DNA of 64,000 bases, from NCBI GenBank assembly GCA_965248195.1, contig CBDFIQ010000002.1, positions 1,184,001 through 1,248,000 of the forward strand, in the 5' to 3' direction. Below the pieces are notes generated by a model, which was not told the origin of the DNA, ran no database searches, and worked only from the letters and a program-made list of their open reading frames with translations. This stretch comes from Longimicrobiales bacterium. GTDB lineage: Bacteria; Gemmatimonadota; Gemmatimonadetes; Longimicrobiales; Gaopeijiaceae. The first letter of the stretch is position 1, and each line of letters opens with the position of its first letter. Below are positions 1-10,367 of the stretch, in pieces. Position numbers and translations under genes: made by a program.

Positions 1-786
1 CTGTTCGAGGCGGACTACTTCGGTGCTCCCGCCTTCCTAGCTCAGACCGGTCAGCTGTATGTGGAGACGGCGTGCCCCGCCTTCAGGAAGGTGTACTGCT
101 TCGGCCCCACCTTTCGAGCTGAAAGATCCAAGACACGCCGACACCTGACCGAATTCTGGATGGTCGAGCCGGAGGTCGCGTTTGCCGACTCGGACGACAA
201 CATGCGCCTCCAGGAGGACTTGGTCTGCTACCTGGTCGAGAGGGCGCTCGATCGGTGCGGTCGTGAGCTCGAGGTGCTTGAGCGGGAAACCTCGGAGTTG
301 GAGACGCTCGCCCGGCCCTTCGCTCGCATCTCCTACACCGATGCCGTCGCAGTTCTACAGGAGAACGGAAGTGAGATCGAGTGGGGGCGCGACCTAGGGG
401 CGCCGGACGAACTCTTGTTGGCCGAGCAGTATGACCGGCCCGTCTTCGTCCACGACTACCCGAAGGCCGTGAAGGCCTTTTACATGAAGGAGAATCCGGA
501 GGATCCGAGGACGGTCCGGTGCAACGATCTACTCGTGCGCGGATATGGTGAGCTCGTCGGAGGGAGTCAGCGAGAAGACGATTTAGAAAAGCTGCAGGCG
601 CGGATCCGGGAGGAGAAGCTTCCGGAGGACACGTACTCCTGGTATCTGGACCTGCGGCGATATGGGACATTCACCCACTCAGGCTTCGGACTGGGGCTGG
701 AACGGACGGTGGCGTGGATCACGGGACGCCATCATGTCCGGGAGTTGATTCCGTTCCCGCGGCTCATGAACCGGTTGACGCCCTGA
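1..786 (+). CDS. asnS: Asparaginyl-tRNA synthetase, C-terminal part (5' end outside window)
   Basis: Class II motifs [54 protein letters not shown]; frame is open from base 1. Confidence 0.95.
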   Translation: MFEADYFGAPAFLAQTGQLYVETACPAFRKVYCFGPTFRAERSKTRRHLTEFWMVEPEVAFADSDDNMRLQEDLVCYLVERALDRCGRELEVLERETSELETLARPFARISYTDAVAVLQENGSEIEWGRDLGAPDELLLAEQYDRPVFVHDYPKAVKAFYMKENPEDPRTVRCNDLLVRGYGELVGGSQREDDLEKLQARIREEKLPEDTYSWYLDLRRYGTFTHSGFGLGLERTVAWITGRHHVRELIPFPRLMNRLTP

Positions 787-898
787 CATGGTGCTCTCTC
801 GAATGCATTCCATGGCTGCCGACGCAGCCCACACGCCAGCGGAGATCGACAAGATGACGATGGAACACGCCGCAGTCTCTACCGGCTCCTTCACACGG

Positions 899-2170
899 AT
901 GTTCTTCTTGCATCACGGGAGGGCGCTTGGCTTCGGACCAAGGGGCCTGCCGTTGGCCGTCTTCGCGGTCGTCGTTGCCCTCACCTGGCCTACGCTCGCA
1001 ATGGGCCAGGACGCCTCGCAAGCCCCACCCTGGGTCGCGACCTGGGGCACGAGCCCGAGCACTCCTGGACGCTTCGGGCAGGCCGAGGCGGCAGATAGGA
1101 CATTCGAGAATCGAACTCTACGTCAAATCGTGCACACCTCGGTCGGCGGTGACAGCGTTCGCATCAGGCTCTCCAACCGGCATGGAAGCGTTCCCCTGGA
1201 GATTGGAGTCGTTCACATCGCCTCGAGGAGAGAGGGAGCGCAGATCGAGGCGGCGTCGGATCGAGCGCTGACCTTTGGTACCCAGACCTTCATCACGATT
1301 CCCGTGGGCGCTTTCGTGCTCAGTGATCCGGTGGATCTGGAGGTGCCGCCGCTCGCCGATCTGGCGATCAGCATCTACTTCCCCTCCGACACGGGGACGC
1401 CCACTTCGCACGGATCGGCGACCCAGACGAGCTACATCTCGCCTCCCGGTAACTTTGCTGCAACCGAGCAGATATCGGACCCGGAGACCTCCCAGTCCTG
1501 GTTCTTCCTCACCGCTGTGGACGTGAGGCCGTCCGAGAGAACCGGGGTCGTGGTAACCCTAGGCAACTCCATCACCGACGGCTCTGGGTCGACCGTCGAC
1601 GCCAACAGCCGCTGGCCCGATCACTTGGCGAGGCGACTCGCGGCTCGTGGCTCTGGCGCCCTCGGTGTCGTGAATGCCGGTATCGGCGGCAACCGAGTCC
1701 TGCACGATCTTGGCGGCTTCGGTGTCAACGCCCTGGCCCGACTAGAGCTAGACGTTCTGAGCCTGGCCGGCGTCACCCACGTCGTGGTTCTCGAAGGGAT
1801 CAACGACATCGGGCTCTTCGGGACGATCGCGCCTGAGGAGGTGAGCTCCGACGAGATCATCGCCGGTCATCGCCAGCTGATTGCCCGTGTCCATGCCCGA
1901 GGGTTGAAGATTTACGGCGCTACCTTGACGCCGTTCGAAGGCGCTTTCTACTTCAGTCCGGAAGGCGAGATGAAACGCCAAGCGGTCAACGAGTGGATCC
2001 GAACGAGCGGAGCCTACGACGCTGTCATCGACTTCGACTCCGCGACTCACGACCCGACCCAACCGAGTCGTTTCCAGCGCGGCTTCTCGGAAGACAGTCT
2101 GCACCCGAACGATGCTGGCTACAGGGCGATGGCGTACGCCGTCGATCTGACCCTCTTCGACCTCGAGTAG
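899..2170 (+). CDS. Secreted SGNH/GDSL hydrolase family protein (start uncertain; ORF opens at 788)
   Basis: Signal-like segment, WVATW N-terminus, GNSITDG block I, NAGIGGN, LEGINDIG, DSLHPNDAGY. Confidence 0.88.
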   Translation: MFFLHHGRALGFGPRGLPLAVFAVVVALTWPTLAMGQDASQAPPWVATWGTSPSTPGRFGQAEAADRTFENRTLRQIVHTSVGGDSVRIRLSNRHGSVPLEIGVVHIASRREGAQIEAASDRALTFGTQTFITIPVGAFVLSDPVDLEVPPLADLAISIYFPSDTGTPTSHGSATQTSYISPPGNFAATEQISDPETSQSWFFLTAVDVRPSERTGVVVTLGNSITDGSGSTVDANSRWPDHLARRLAARGSGALGVVNAGIGGNRVLHDLGGFGVNALARLELDVLSLAGVTHVVVLEGINDIGLFGTIAPEEVSSDEIIAGHRQLIARVHARGLKIYGATLTPFEGAFYFSPEGEMKRQAVNEWIRTSGAYDAVIDFDSATHDPTQPSRFQRGFSEDSLHPNDAGYRAMAYAVDLTLFDLE

Positions 2171-2246
2171 ACGCGGAGCCAACCCTCCTCGATCGTTTGA
2201 CACGCTGACATATGCGGTGGGCTCACTGGGCCTCCCGCAGCCGAGC

Positions 2247-4187
2247 TCATTGGGGCTCGCGCCACATCATGATGAATCGGCCGATGCTCTCCTGATAAGG
2301 ATACCGGGCCACCAACTCTCTGGTTAGCGCCGGGGGAGGGGAGGGCGAAATCGGCAGGGGTCCCGCATTGATCACGACGACGTTGATGTGGTGCCGGTCC
2401 AAGGCCTCCACGACCCTCTCGATTCGCCCTTCCGAATCGTCCATCATATCGTAAAACGTCCGGGTCGGATTTCTTTTCGCCGCCAGGAAATACACGACGG
2501 GGCTGTCTGGTGTGGCGTAAATGTACTCCCCGGCAGCGCGTTCCTGGATTTTTTCGATCAGAAAATGAAATTCCTGGGCCTCGGTATCGGCCACCCGAAG
2601 TCCGCCCCGCTCGAGCCCGAGGGGGAGCAAATCAGGATGGGCAGCATACCGGTCGGCCATCTGATAGATGTACCCGGAATGGATCCACCGCCCCGCAAAA
2701 AGAATGAAGAACACGGCCAGGGCCAGGGCACCGGTCCTGCGTCGATCGGGCCAGGTCGAGACGGCCGCGAAGCCCGCCATGGCGATCAACGGAGCGGTAT
2801 AGAAAAAATAGAATGGAGCCGAGGTCGGGAACTGGACGAGCGAAACCATGCCAGCCGCGGAAACGAGCGCAAACACGCGCTCCTGCTTGAGCGAGTATTC
2901 AGCCGAGCGCTCCCCCCTCCTCCCCAACCACAGCGACGCGAGACCGACGACGGTCACTGCCGGGCCGAGTCCGAGCATCGCCCACCAGACCGGCCGAAAA
3001 ACGGACTGGGTGGCGCCGAAGACGAACACCAGACCAAGCCCCATTGTGAGCATGGCGCCGCCCACCCACCGGTTGCGCCCCTTGCTACCCCACGCACCAA
3101 GTGCGGCGGCCATCGCGACCGGGCCCAGAGTCCACAGCGTCCTGAGCGACGGGGGATCACGAACGAGTACGTCCAACCGATGGAGCGGTCGGGTGAACCA
3201 CCCCGTCCAAATAGAGGCGAGGTCGCCGGAAGCGATGTACGGGAGGAGCAGCGCGAGTATCGGAACCACCACCCCAAACCCGAGCGGCGCTATCCAAACG
3301 AAGTACCGACGTAAACGCCTTGCGCCATTACCCCGTGCCCTGCCGTCCAGCTCCCCGGCCGCCGCGTATCCTGCGAGCAAGAGCGGCGGGAGGACGAAGT
3401 GATAGTATCCGGAGAGCTCCGACGGCCGTGCGAAAATCCAGAGGACGACAAGTGCGAAAAGGCCGAGACCACCTAGCACGAAGGTGGAGAACGCTCGGCT
3501 TTGCGGCCTGGCCTCGTCCGAATGCGCGGCTTCGCTGGCCGCCAGACGCTGTTCGTGGACGATCAAGGTCAGGAGGACGGCCGCCAGAAGATAGAGGCCG
3601 ATCGTCTTTACGGCGAAGGACAGACCCACCGCGAGTCCGGCCGCGAGAAGCCATCGCCTCCGCCCGTCCTCCAGAAACTCGAAGAGCGCCGCCGTCGCGT
3701 AGATCGCCAGGAAAAGGTTGTACCACGAGGGCATGGCGGACGAGTAGTTCGGCAACCCCCAGGCTACCGCGAGCAGCACCGCAACGCTCGTCGAGATCGG
3801 GCCGCCGAGTCTTCGACCCATACGGTACAAGAGCGGCACCGTCGGTAGGAAAACCGCAAAAATCGCGATCCTGAGAGAGATCAGCCGAGTCCCGAACAGC
3901 TTGAAGGCCAGCGCATGGAAGTGCTCCAATCCCCCCGAGTGCATCCCGTCGAAATCCCGGTGCGGAAGTTCGCCCATGAGCACACGCTCGGCGGCCTGCG
4001 CCAACGTACCGTCTTCGGGCGGAAGCCAACCGCGGTCCAAGAACGACAGCACATACGTGAGCGCCGCGCCCCAGAGCAAATAGGGGAGAACAACAGACCA
4101 TCGGTGGGCCGGCGGTCGGTCCTCTGCCACAGCCTCGATGGTCTCCTCCAGAGATTCTGTTCGGGTAGTTGGTCCGCCGACATCCAA
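2247..4187 (-). CDS. GT-C fold integral membrane glycosyltransferase (ArnT/GT39-like)
   Basis: Many TM segments; acidic motif PEDG after first TM; GELPHRDF motif; soluble C-terminal domain. Confidence 0.7.
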   Translation of the reverse strand: MDVGGPTTRTESLEETIEAVAEDRPPAHRWSVVLPYLLWGAALTYVLSFLDRGWLPPEDGTLAQAAERVLMGELPHRDFDGMHSGGLEHFHALAFKLFGTRLISLRIAIFAVFLPTVPLLYRMGRRLGGPISTSVAVLLAVAWGLPNYSSAMPSWYNLFLAIYATAALFEFLEDGRRRWLLAAGLAVGLSFAVKTIGLYLLAAVLLTLIVHEQRLAASEAAHSDEARPQSRAFSTFVLGGLGLFALVVLWIFARPSELSGYYHFVLPPLLLAGYAAAGELDGRARGNGARRLRRYFVWIAPLGFGVVVPILALLLPYIASGDLASIWTGWFTRPLHRLDVLVRDPPSLRTLWTLGPVAMAAALGAWGSKGRNRWVGGAMLTMGLGLVFVFGATQSVFRPVWWAMLGLGPAVTVVGLASLWLGRRGERSAEYSLKQERVFALVSAAGMVSLVQFPTSAPFYFFYTAPLIAMAGFAAVSTWPDRRRTGALALAVFFILFAGRWIHSGYIYQMADRYAAHPDLLPLGLERGGLRVADTEAQEFHFLIEKIQERAAGEYIYATPDSPVVYFLAAKRNPTRTFYDMMDDSEGRIERVVEALDRHHINVVVINAGPLPISPSPPPALTRELVARYPYQESIGRFIMMWREPQ

Positions 4188-4250
4188 GCTACGGATTCAA
4201 CGGAAAACGGCGCAACAAGGGGGTGGACCAGAAGGAGCACAAACTTCCCC

Positions 4251-5051
4251 CTACCCCTCCTCGATCTTGACCTCGTCCCAGATTTGGTCGAGAACTTCGA
4301 GCGTGGCGTCGGGGATTGAGATTTCCCGTTCGGCGGCCATTGCCTCGAGGTGTTCGAAGCGGCGTGAGAACTTGCGATTGGCGCGCTCGAGCGCGGTGGC
4401 GGAGTGGCTTCCTGCCAGTCTCACGAGATTCACCACCGCGAAGAGAAGGTCCCCGAGTTCCTCTTCGAGACGGGGGAACTCCTCGTGAGCGAGGGCGTCC
4501 CGAACTTCCCTGACTTCCTCCTCGACCTTGGCGAGCGCTCCCGCCGCGTCGTCCCAGTCGAACCCCACTCCGCTGACCCTGTCCTGGATACGGTGTGCCC
4601 TGTGCAGGGGATCTAGGCCGGCGGGTATGCCGGCGAGGACGGGGCCACCCTCCTCTCCGAGTTTTTCCTGCCGCTCTCTCGCCTTGAGGACCTCCCAGTC
4701 CTCCTCTTCTCCGAGGCCGAGGAGGTGGCGGTGCCGGTCCCACATCTTGTTCTCCAGCCGCTCCATGACGGAGGCGGCGGTAAACGCGTTTCGTTCTTCA
4801 CCGAGCACGATCTGAAACGAGAGATTGAGCAGCAGATCGCCCAATTCACCCTCCAGGTCGTCGTCCTGGCTCTCGCGAATGGCGTCCGCGACCTCGTGGG
4901 CCTCCTCGAGAAGATGCGGGACCAGGCTTTCCGGGGTTTGCCGGCGGTCCCAGGCGCATTCGACTCTGAGAAAGCGCACGAGCTCTACGGCGCGATCCAT
5001 GTGACCCACGCCCAGATCCGGCCGATTGGGATTGTTCTCATCGGAGCCCAT
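4251..5051 (-). CDS. mazG: Nucleoside triphosphate pyrophosphohydrolase MazG
   Basis: CAWDRRQT, EEAHEVADAI, ELGDLL and second domain KVEEEVREV, EEELGDLLF. Confidence 0.93.
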   Translation of the reverse strand: MGSDENNPNRPDLGVGHMDRAVELVRFLRVECAWDRRQTPESLVPHLLEEAHEVADAIRESQDDDLEGELGDLLLNLSFQIVLGEERNAFTAASVMERLENKMWDRHRHLLGLGEEEDWEVLKARERQEKLGEEGGPVLAGIPAGLDPLHRAHRIQDRVSGVGFDWDDAAGALAKVEEEVREVRDALAHEEFPRLEEELGDLLFAVVNLVRLAGSHSATALERANRKFSRRFEHLEAMAAEREISIPDATLEVLDQIWDEVKIEEG

Positions 5052-5128
5052 TCGGGTTTTCCTCGATGGTATGTTGCAGAGAGACGGAACCTTGATCAGG
5101 GCTTATCTTTTCGCTTCTTTGAACAGAT

Positions 5129-6250
5129 ATGTCAACGGACCCTCAAGCACGGGCCTGGGTGGAAGTGTGGCCCGAGGCACTTCGTCGGAACCTCCATCGA
5201 ATCCGTGAATCCATCGGAGATGGGGCCACGGTCATCCCCATGGTCAAGGCGGATGGATATGGCCTGGGGATGGAGGACGTGGTACGAACGTTGGAGTCCG
5301 AGGACCCATGGGGGTTCGGCGTCGCGACCGTAGAAGAAGGAATGAGGTTGCGCGGTGCGGGGGTCACGAGCCCGGTGATTGTTTTCAGCCCTGTGCCCCC
5401 CGGGTCATACGACTCGGCCGTGGCGCATGACCTCACGCTTACGGTATCGGATCTGGACTCGGTCGACCGAGCGGCGGCGGCGGCGTCTCGGACGGGGCGC
5501 GTCGCTCGTTTTCATGTGGAGGTCGATACCGGGATGGGCCGGTCAGGGTTCGACTGGCGGCGGGTTGCTGAGTGGGGTATCTCCTTGGCGGATCGGACCT
5601 CCGCCACATCGATCTGGGAGGGATGTTATACTCACTTCCATTCGGCAGATCTGGCGGACGACGTGACGACGCCGGCCCAGTGGGAGGCGTTCACTGGCAC
5701 CCTTGAGCGGCTGAAGCCCGACGAGGGGAAGTTTATCCACGCCTGCAACGCTGCTGCTGCGATGCGGTACTCGGCGTTCGCCGCGGACGCGGTCCGGCCC
5801 GGCATTTTTCTTTATGGGGGGGGAATAGGTGCAGGTGTGGCTGCACCCGAGGTGGTGGCTCAGGTTCGCGCCCGGGTCACGCTGATCCGCGATGTGCCGG
5901 AGGGAACCACCCTGGGATACGGAGCTACGTATTGCTCCTCCGGGGACGAACGGTGGGCCACGCTCGGGATCGGGTATGGGGATGGATTTCCAAGGGTCCT
6001 GGGTAATCGTGGAAGCGTGCTACTCTCCGGCTGTGGAGTTCCGATCATCGGACGGATCTCGATGGACATGACGGTGGTAGACATTACCGGCGTCGACGGA
6101 GTAGGGGTGGGGGATATAGCCACACTGATTGGCACGGACGGGGACGTCGTCGTCACGTTGGACGAAGTCGCGGACTTGGCTGGAACGATCAGCTACGAGA
6201 TCCTTACGGGCTTCACGGCACGGATGCCCAGGATTTGGATGCCCGAATAA
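5129..6250 (+). CDS. alr: Alanine racemase
   Basis: VKADGYGLG PLP lysine motif, VDTGMGRSG, VRPGIFLYG, GYGDG, GRISMD, TISYEIL. Confidence 0.95.
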   Translation: MSTDPQARAWVEVWPEALRRNLHRIRESIGDGATVIPMVKADGYGLGMEDVVRTLESEDPWGFGVATVEEGMRLRGAGVTSPVIVFSPVPPGSYDSAVAHDLTLTVSDLDSVDRAAAAASRTGRVARFHVEVDTGMGRSGFDWRRVAEWGISLADRTSATSIWEGCYTHFHSADLADDVTTPAQWEAFTGTLERLKPDEGKFIHACNAAAAMRYSAFAADAVRPGIFLYGGGIGAGVAAPEVVAQVRARVTLIRDVPEGTTLGYGATYCSSGDERWATLGIGYGDGFPRVLGNRGSVLLSGCGVPIIGRISMDMTVVDITGVDGVGVGDIATLIGTDGDVVVTLDEVADLAGTISYEILTGFTARMPRIWMPE

Positions 6251-6265
6251 TTCAAGGAAGTCGGT

Positions 6266-7591
6266 TTGAAGCGATACTTGTTGGCGACAGTGATTATTGG
6301 TGCGGGGGCGGTGTCGGGTTGTAAGGAAAAGAACGCGACGGCTCCTGATCTCGGCTTCATTCAGGTCAATCCACGCACTGTAGAGGTTCTCATACCTTAC
6401 GAGGACTTCGTGGACGAAATTCAGGTCTTCGGTGGGTACGGATCCGCAGTGGATCTCGGTCATGGAGTGGTCGCGCTTGACTTTGGTGGACTGAATTCAC
6501 GGACACTCGTGCATCTGGAGGACTTTCCCACGACCGCTGAAGTGCCGGGGACCGACGGTGTCACCCGCACGGATCCCGACCTCACCTTCGTGGGAGGACG
6601 TGTCCTTCTCGTTTTCGACACGGTAGACGTAGCGGAACTTTTTCCGGCGCACGTCGAACTGTTCGATGTGAGAGAGGAGTGGCACCCGCCCACGGTGACG
6701 TGGGAGGTGGCAGTCGACACGGCCGGAGATCGGAGGCCTTGGACCCAGCCCGGGGGTGGCCCTTCCACCTTGCTCGGCAGCGCGCTCTTCGACGCCTTTA
6801 TCGGACAACTGGCGGACGACGACGCGCTCGTGGATACCGTGAGCATTGCGATCGATTCTGCGGCGGTGGCTGCCTTGGGAGACCCGGCCAGCGGGACGAC
6901 AGGACTTCGCCTGGCCGCCGCCGACCCTGCAGTGTTTCTTAAGGTGTTGGATATGCAACTCTTCCTCACGACGGTACCGGGCACGAGGCCCGATACAGTC
7001 TTGGAGCTACCTGTCGCGATGGTTGACCTGAGCTTCATGGTCGACCCGCTGCCCGAGGCGCCGGTGGGGTGGCTCCGTGTGGGTGGGACCCCTTCGTGGC
7101 GTACGGTAATCACCATGACGATGCCCCGCACGGTCGAAGGCACGGCCGATCTTTGTGGTACGGCGGGCTGTCAGGTCGACCTTACGGAGGTCGAGGTGAA
7201 CCTCGCCGAGTTGGTGCTGACCACTCGCCAGACCGAGTCGGCGTTCCAGCCGCGGGATATCACCCGTATAGACGTCCGCCGCGTACTCAATCCGGAGCTG
7301 CTACCCAAAGCTCCCCTCGGAGAGACCTTAGTGCCTGATCTGAGGAGCCTTTCGCCTGAGGTTTTTTCCGAGCTGGCCGGGACGCCGGTGTTGTTTGCGG
7401 TGACCGAGTTGGTGAGAGGGATTCTTTCCACGGCTGCCGAGACGGATACGGTGCCGGATGCCTCGGTGGCTTTGTTCAGCATCGTCGAACCGATAATGAT
7501 CGGGTTCGCGTCCTTCGAGGGTGGCGGAGGTGCGGGAGCTCCCGCACTGCGATTGCTGTACACGATCGCCAACGACGTGGGCTTGCCGTGA
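6266..7591 (+). CDS. Putative lipoprotein of unknown function (DNRLRE-like W...VTW...PW..PGG segment)
   Basis: N-terminal hydrophobic stretch ending in lipobox-like VSGC; coupled to next gene by GTGA overlap. Confidence 0.7.
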   Translation: MKRYLLATVIIGAGAVSGCKEKNATAPDLGFIQVNPRTVEVLIPYEDFVDEIQVFGGYGSAVDLGHGVVALDFGGLNSRTLVHLEDFPTTAEVPGTDGVTRTDPDLTFVGGRVLLVFDTVDVAELFPAHVELFDVREEWHPPTVTWEVAVDTAGDRRPWTQPGGGPSTLLGSALFDAFIGQLADDDALVDTVSIAIDSAAVAALGDPASGTTGLRLAAADPAVFLKVLDMQLFLTTVPGTRPDTVLELPVAMVDLSFMVDPLPEAPVGWLRVGGTPSWRTVITMTMPRTVEGTADLCGTAGCQVDLTEVEVNLAELVLTTRQTESAFQPRDITRIDVRRVLNPELLPKAPLGETLVPDLRSLSPEVFSELAGTPVLFAVTELVRGILSTAAETDTVPDASVALFSIVEPIMIGFASFEGGGGAGAPALRLLYTIANDVGLP

Positions 7592-8769
7592 GATATTTGA
7601 AATCGCTCTTGGCGCTCGCGCTTTTTTTGCCGAGCACCCTGGCGGGCCAGTCGGTGCTGGGGTCGAGTGGATTGGGGATGAAGCTGGAACCTCTCGATGC
7701 CATTCAGCGGGCACTCGGCGGGGTAGGAGTCACGACACGTACAGCTACGGTGCTTCCGGGAAATTCTGTGGCGTCTCTAGACCTTCTGGCACCTACGATC
7801 GCGTTCACTGGCCAGCCGCACTGGGGTAAATACACTATCGGATCGGAGAGGGGCAACTTCAACGTGACCCGCTTCCCCGTGCTGGGTTTCGCCTACCCGT
7901 TGGGCACGGATGGCGTGTTCACGCTCACGGCGGGAGGCCAATTCGACCAGAACTGGTCCGTCGAGTCCAAGGATTCCGTTGATATCGGAGGAGAGAGAGT
8001 CGGAGTCACCGACACCTTCATTTCGGATGGGGGCATTGCCACGATCCAGGCGGGCTGGGCACGCCGCTGGTCGACCACCCTTGCGTTCGGAGCAACCGTT
8101 GGTGTCTACAGGGGGGGACTCACACGGAGTTTCAGAAGGACCTTCGACCGAGTGGCGACCGATTCGGTTTCGCTTGTGAACCCGATCCAGCAGTTCCTCA
8201 CTGGGGGGCGATGGGTTCATTCGGGTCCTCTGGCCTCGTTGAACATGTCCTGGGACCCGAGTCCTAACTTACAGTTGGGCGTGACCGTGGGGTGGGGGGG
8301 GACGATCAAGGTGAATCCGGCGGGAGGGGCCGAGGGTGTCAGTCGAGAAGTCTCGGTACCCTTGGAGTTCAAGGTATCCACAAACGCGTTGCTCGCCCCG
8401 ACGTTGGCTCTGAATGTGGGGCTTGCCTCTTCGAACTGGACGGATTTGCGCGATCCGAGTGTCGACGCCGTGGGCGGCGGCAGGGTGTTGTCGTACGGTG
8501 GGGGGGTGGAGTGGGAGGCCCTGAGCTTTTGGGCGGGCGGCCTCCCTCTTCGGGTGGGCTTTCACCGGTCGGAGCTACCATTCCTGTTCTTGGAGAGGCC
8601 GGTAAAAGAGAGTACGATCTCCTTCGGATTCTCAATTGTAATGGCCGAAGCCTTGGGTCTCCCACTAGCGGCCGTGGATGTGGCGTTCGAGGCGGGAAAC
8701 CGAGACTCGGGGGAATTCAAGGAGAGCTTTCGCCGGCTCACGTTGACTACCCGGTTGGGGGGCCGCTGA
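7588..8769 (+). CDS. Putative outer-membrane beta-barrel protein (FadL/PorV-like N-terminus)
   Basis: Signal peptide, IQRALGGVG segment, alternating amphipathic beta strands. Confidence 0.6.
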   Translation: MRYLKSLLALALFLPSTLAGQSVLGSSGLGMKLEPLDAIQRALGGVGVTTRTATVLPGNSVASLDLLAPTIAFTGQPHWGKYTIGSERGNFNVTRFPVLGFAYPLGTDGVFTLTAGGQFDQNWSVESKDSVDIGGERVGVTDTFISDGGIATIQAGWARRWSTTLAFGATVGVYRGGLTRSFRRTFDRVATDSVSLVNPIQQFLTGGRWVHSGPLASLNMSWDPSPNLQLGVTVGWGGTIKVNPAGGAEGVSREVSVPLEFKVSTNALLAPTLALNVGLASSNWTDLRDPSVDAVGGGRVLSYGGGVEWEALSFWAGGLPLRVGFHRSELPFLFLERPVKESTISFGFSIVMAEALGLPLAAVDVAFEAGNRDSGEFKESFRRLTLTTRLGGR

Positions 8770-8783
8770 GGCGGGCGCGCGAC

Positions 8784-10367
8784 GTGCGGGTATTCTTTCA
8801 TACTTTTGGGTGCAAGGCGAACCAGTACGATACCGAGCGTATGCGCCAGGAATCTCAGGCTCGCGGTGTAGTCGCGACGAGGGATTTAGGCTCTGCCGAC
8901 GTATGCGTGGTGAATACCTGTACCGTGACCAATGCGGCCGATGCCGAGGCGAGGCGTTTTGTTCGGCGTATCAAGAGAGAAAACCCCCACACGCACATTG
9001 TCGTCGCCGGTTGTTCGGCTGTGCTCCGGACTCGGGAGTATGCCGAGTTGGAAGGTGTGGCCTCCGTTGTACCGGGACACGACCCCGTTCAGGTGGCCGC
9101 TGCGGTGGCCAGCTCGGGCGCACCTCCTCGATCCCTGCTCCAACTCGGCATGGATCGCGGGCTGATTGGATCGCATCTGGAGCCCATCGGTGCGACCATC
9201 CTGGACAGGCGCGAGGGCGCGACGAGGGGATGGCTCAAGATACAGGACGGTTGTGACCGGAAGTGCGCGTTCTGCGCCACGCGGCTTGCGCGCGGTCCGA
9301 GTCGCTCCCGCTCCGCCGGGGACATCATGCTCGAGGCGCGGGGGCTGTCTCGCCACCATCCCGAACTCGTGTTGACGGGGATCCACATTGGCCACTACGG
9401 CCGAGACCTGGAGGCTCCTAGTTCGCTTTCCACGCTCCTGGCCCGCCTTTTGGACGCGGTCCCAGACGTCCGGTTCCGACTTGGAAGCATCGAGGCGACG
9501 GAGATCGATGACTTACTCCTCGAGCTCATTCGCACTTCGGGTGGCCGTGTCGCCCCGCATTTACACATGCCTATGCAGAGTGGCGCCGATCCCGTCCTAC
9601 GCCGTATGAAGCGATGGCATACGAGAGAGGCATACCGGGCTCGGGCGTTCCAGGTCGCGGATGCGGTGGGCCGAATCGGCTTGGGGGCGGATATCATCAC
9701 GGGCTTTCCCGGCGAGACTGCTGTCGACCACCACGATACGATGCGGCTGGTCGAGGAGCTTCCCTTCACTTACCTCCACGTCTTTCCGTTTTCACCTAAA
9801 GACGGTACTGCGGCGAGTGCGCTCCCGAATCCAGTCCCGCAGCGGGTTGCGGGTGAGCGTAGCCGTGAATTGAGGGCGTTGGCGCGGGAGAAGCATCGCC
9901 GTTACCGGGCGTCACGAGCCGGGGAGGCGTCACTGGTCACGCTGGAAGCGCAGGGTCGCCGAGCTTTGACCGGAGATTACCTTCGTGTGGACGTGGACGT
10001 GGACGTGGACGTGGACGTGGACGTGGACGTGGACGTGGACGTGGACGTGGACGTGGACGTGGACGTGGACGTGGACGTGGACGTGGACGGGGACGGGGAA
10101 GTGGACGTGGACGTGGACGTGGACGGGGACGGGGAAGTGGAAGTGGACGTGAATGTGGATGTGAAACCGGACGTGGCGGATGTGGGGGTGGAAGCTTACA
10201 AACGTCTCCATTCCGGCGTCCTGCGGGGCAGTGGGGATGACCTTTATGTCGTACTCCATGCGGCCGGCGCGCCCCAGAGTGAACGGCCCACGGTGTTCCT
10301 TCAACAGCCCTCTGAGGCCGCTTCCGGTATGGAGTCGCCCCTGCGTTCCGCCGTGAGTTCGGCATGA
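8784..10367 (+). CDS. mtaB: tRNA t6A37 methylthiotransferase MtaB with C-terminal (VD)n insertion
   Basis: FHTFGCKANQYD, NTCTVT, LKIQDGCDRKCAFC radical SAM motif, LTGIHIGHYG, YLHVFPFS; GTG start at 8784. Confidence 0.9.
   Translation: MRVFFHTFGCKANQYDTERMRQESQARGVVATRDLGSADVCVVNTCTVTNAADAEARRFVRRIKRENPHTHIVVAGCSAVLRTREYAELEGVASVVPGHDPVQVAAAVASSGAPPRSLLQLGMDRGLIGSHLEPIGATILDRREGATRGWLKIQDGCDRKCAFCATRLARGPSRSRSAGDIMLEARGLSRHHPELVLTGIHIGHYGRDLEAPSSLSTLLARLLDAVPDVRFRLGSIEATEIDDLLLELIRTSGGRVAPHLHMPMQSGADPVLRRMKRWHTREAYRARAFQVADAVGRIGLGADIITGFPGETAVDHHDTMRLVEELPFTYLHVFPFSPKDGTAASALPNPVPQRVAGERSRELRALAREKHRRYRASRAGEASLVTLEAQGRRALTGDYLRVDVDVDVDVDVDVDVDVDVDVDVDVDVDVDVDVDGDGEVDVDVDVDGDGEVEVDVNVDVKPDVADVGVEAYKRLHSGVLRGSGDDLYVVLHAAGAPQSERPTVFLQQPSEAASGMESPLRSAVSSA
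9987..10166 (+). repeat. Hexanucleotide tandem repeat (GTGGAC)17 followed by degenerate units, in frame within mtaB
   Basis: 17 perfect GTGGAC at 9987-10088, then GGGGAC GGGGAA (GTGGAC)4 GGGGAC GGGGAA GTGGAA GTGGAC GTGAAT GTGGAT GTGAAA. Confidence 0.97.

Noticed and set aside
4251..5051. mazG as part of an anti-phage or toxin-antitoxin system
   Set aside because: Tandem-domain housekeeping type with no adjacent toxin or defence genes
5040..5055. ATCGG-N6-TTCGG near the mazG start as a second LexA box
   Set aside because: Single mismatched site overlapping probable coding sequence; compatible with chance at this GC content
8292..8783. Long N-terminal extension of mtaB in the ORF track
   Set aside because: Overlaps the upstream barrel gene in another frame; homology starts at the GTG at 8784
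9987..10166. Possible CRISPR array
   Set aside because: Contiguous 6-bp units with no spacers and no cas genes
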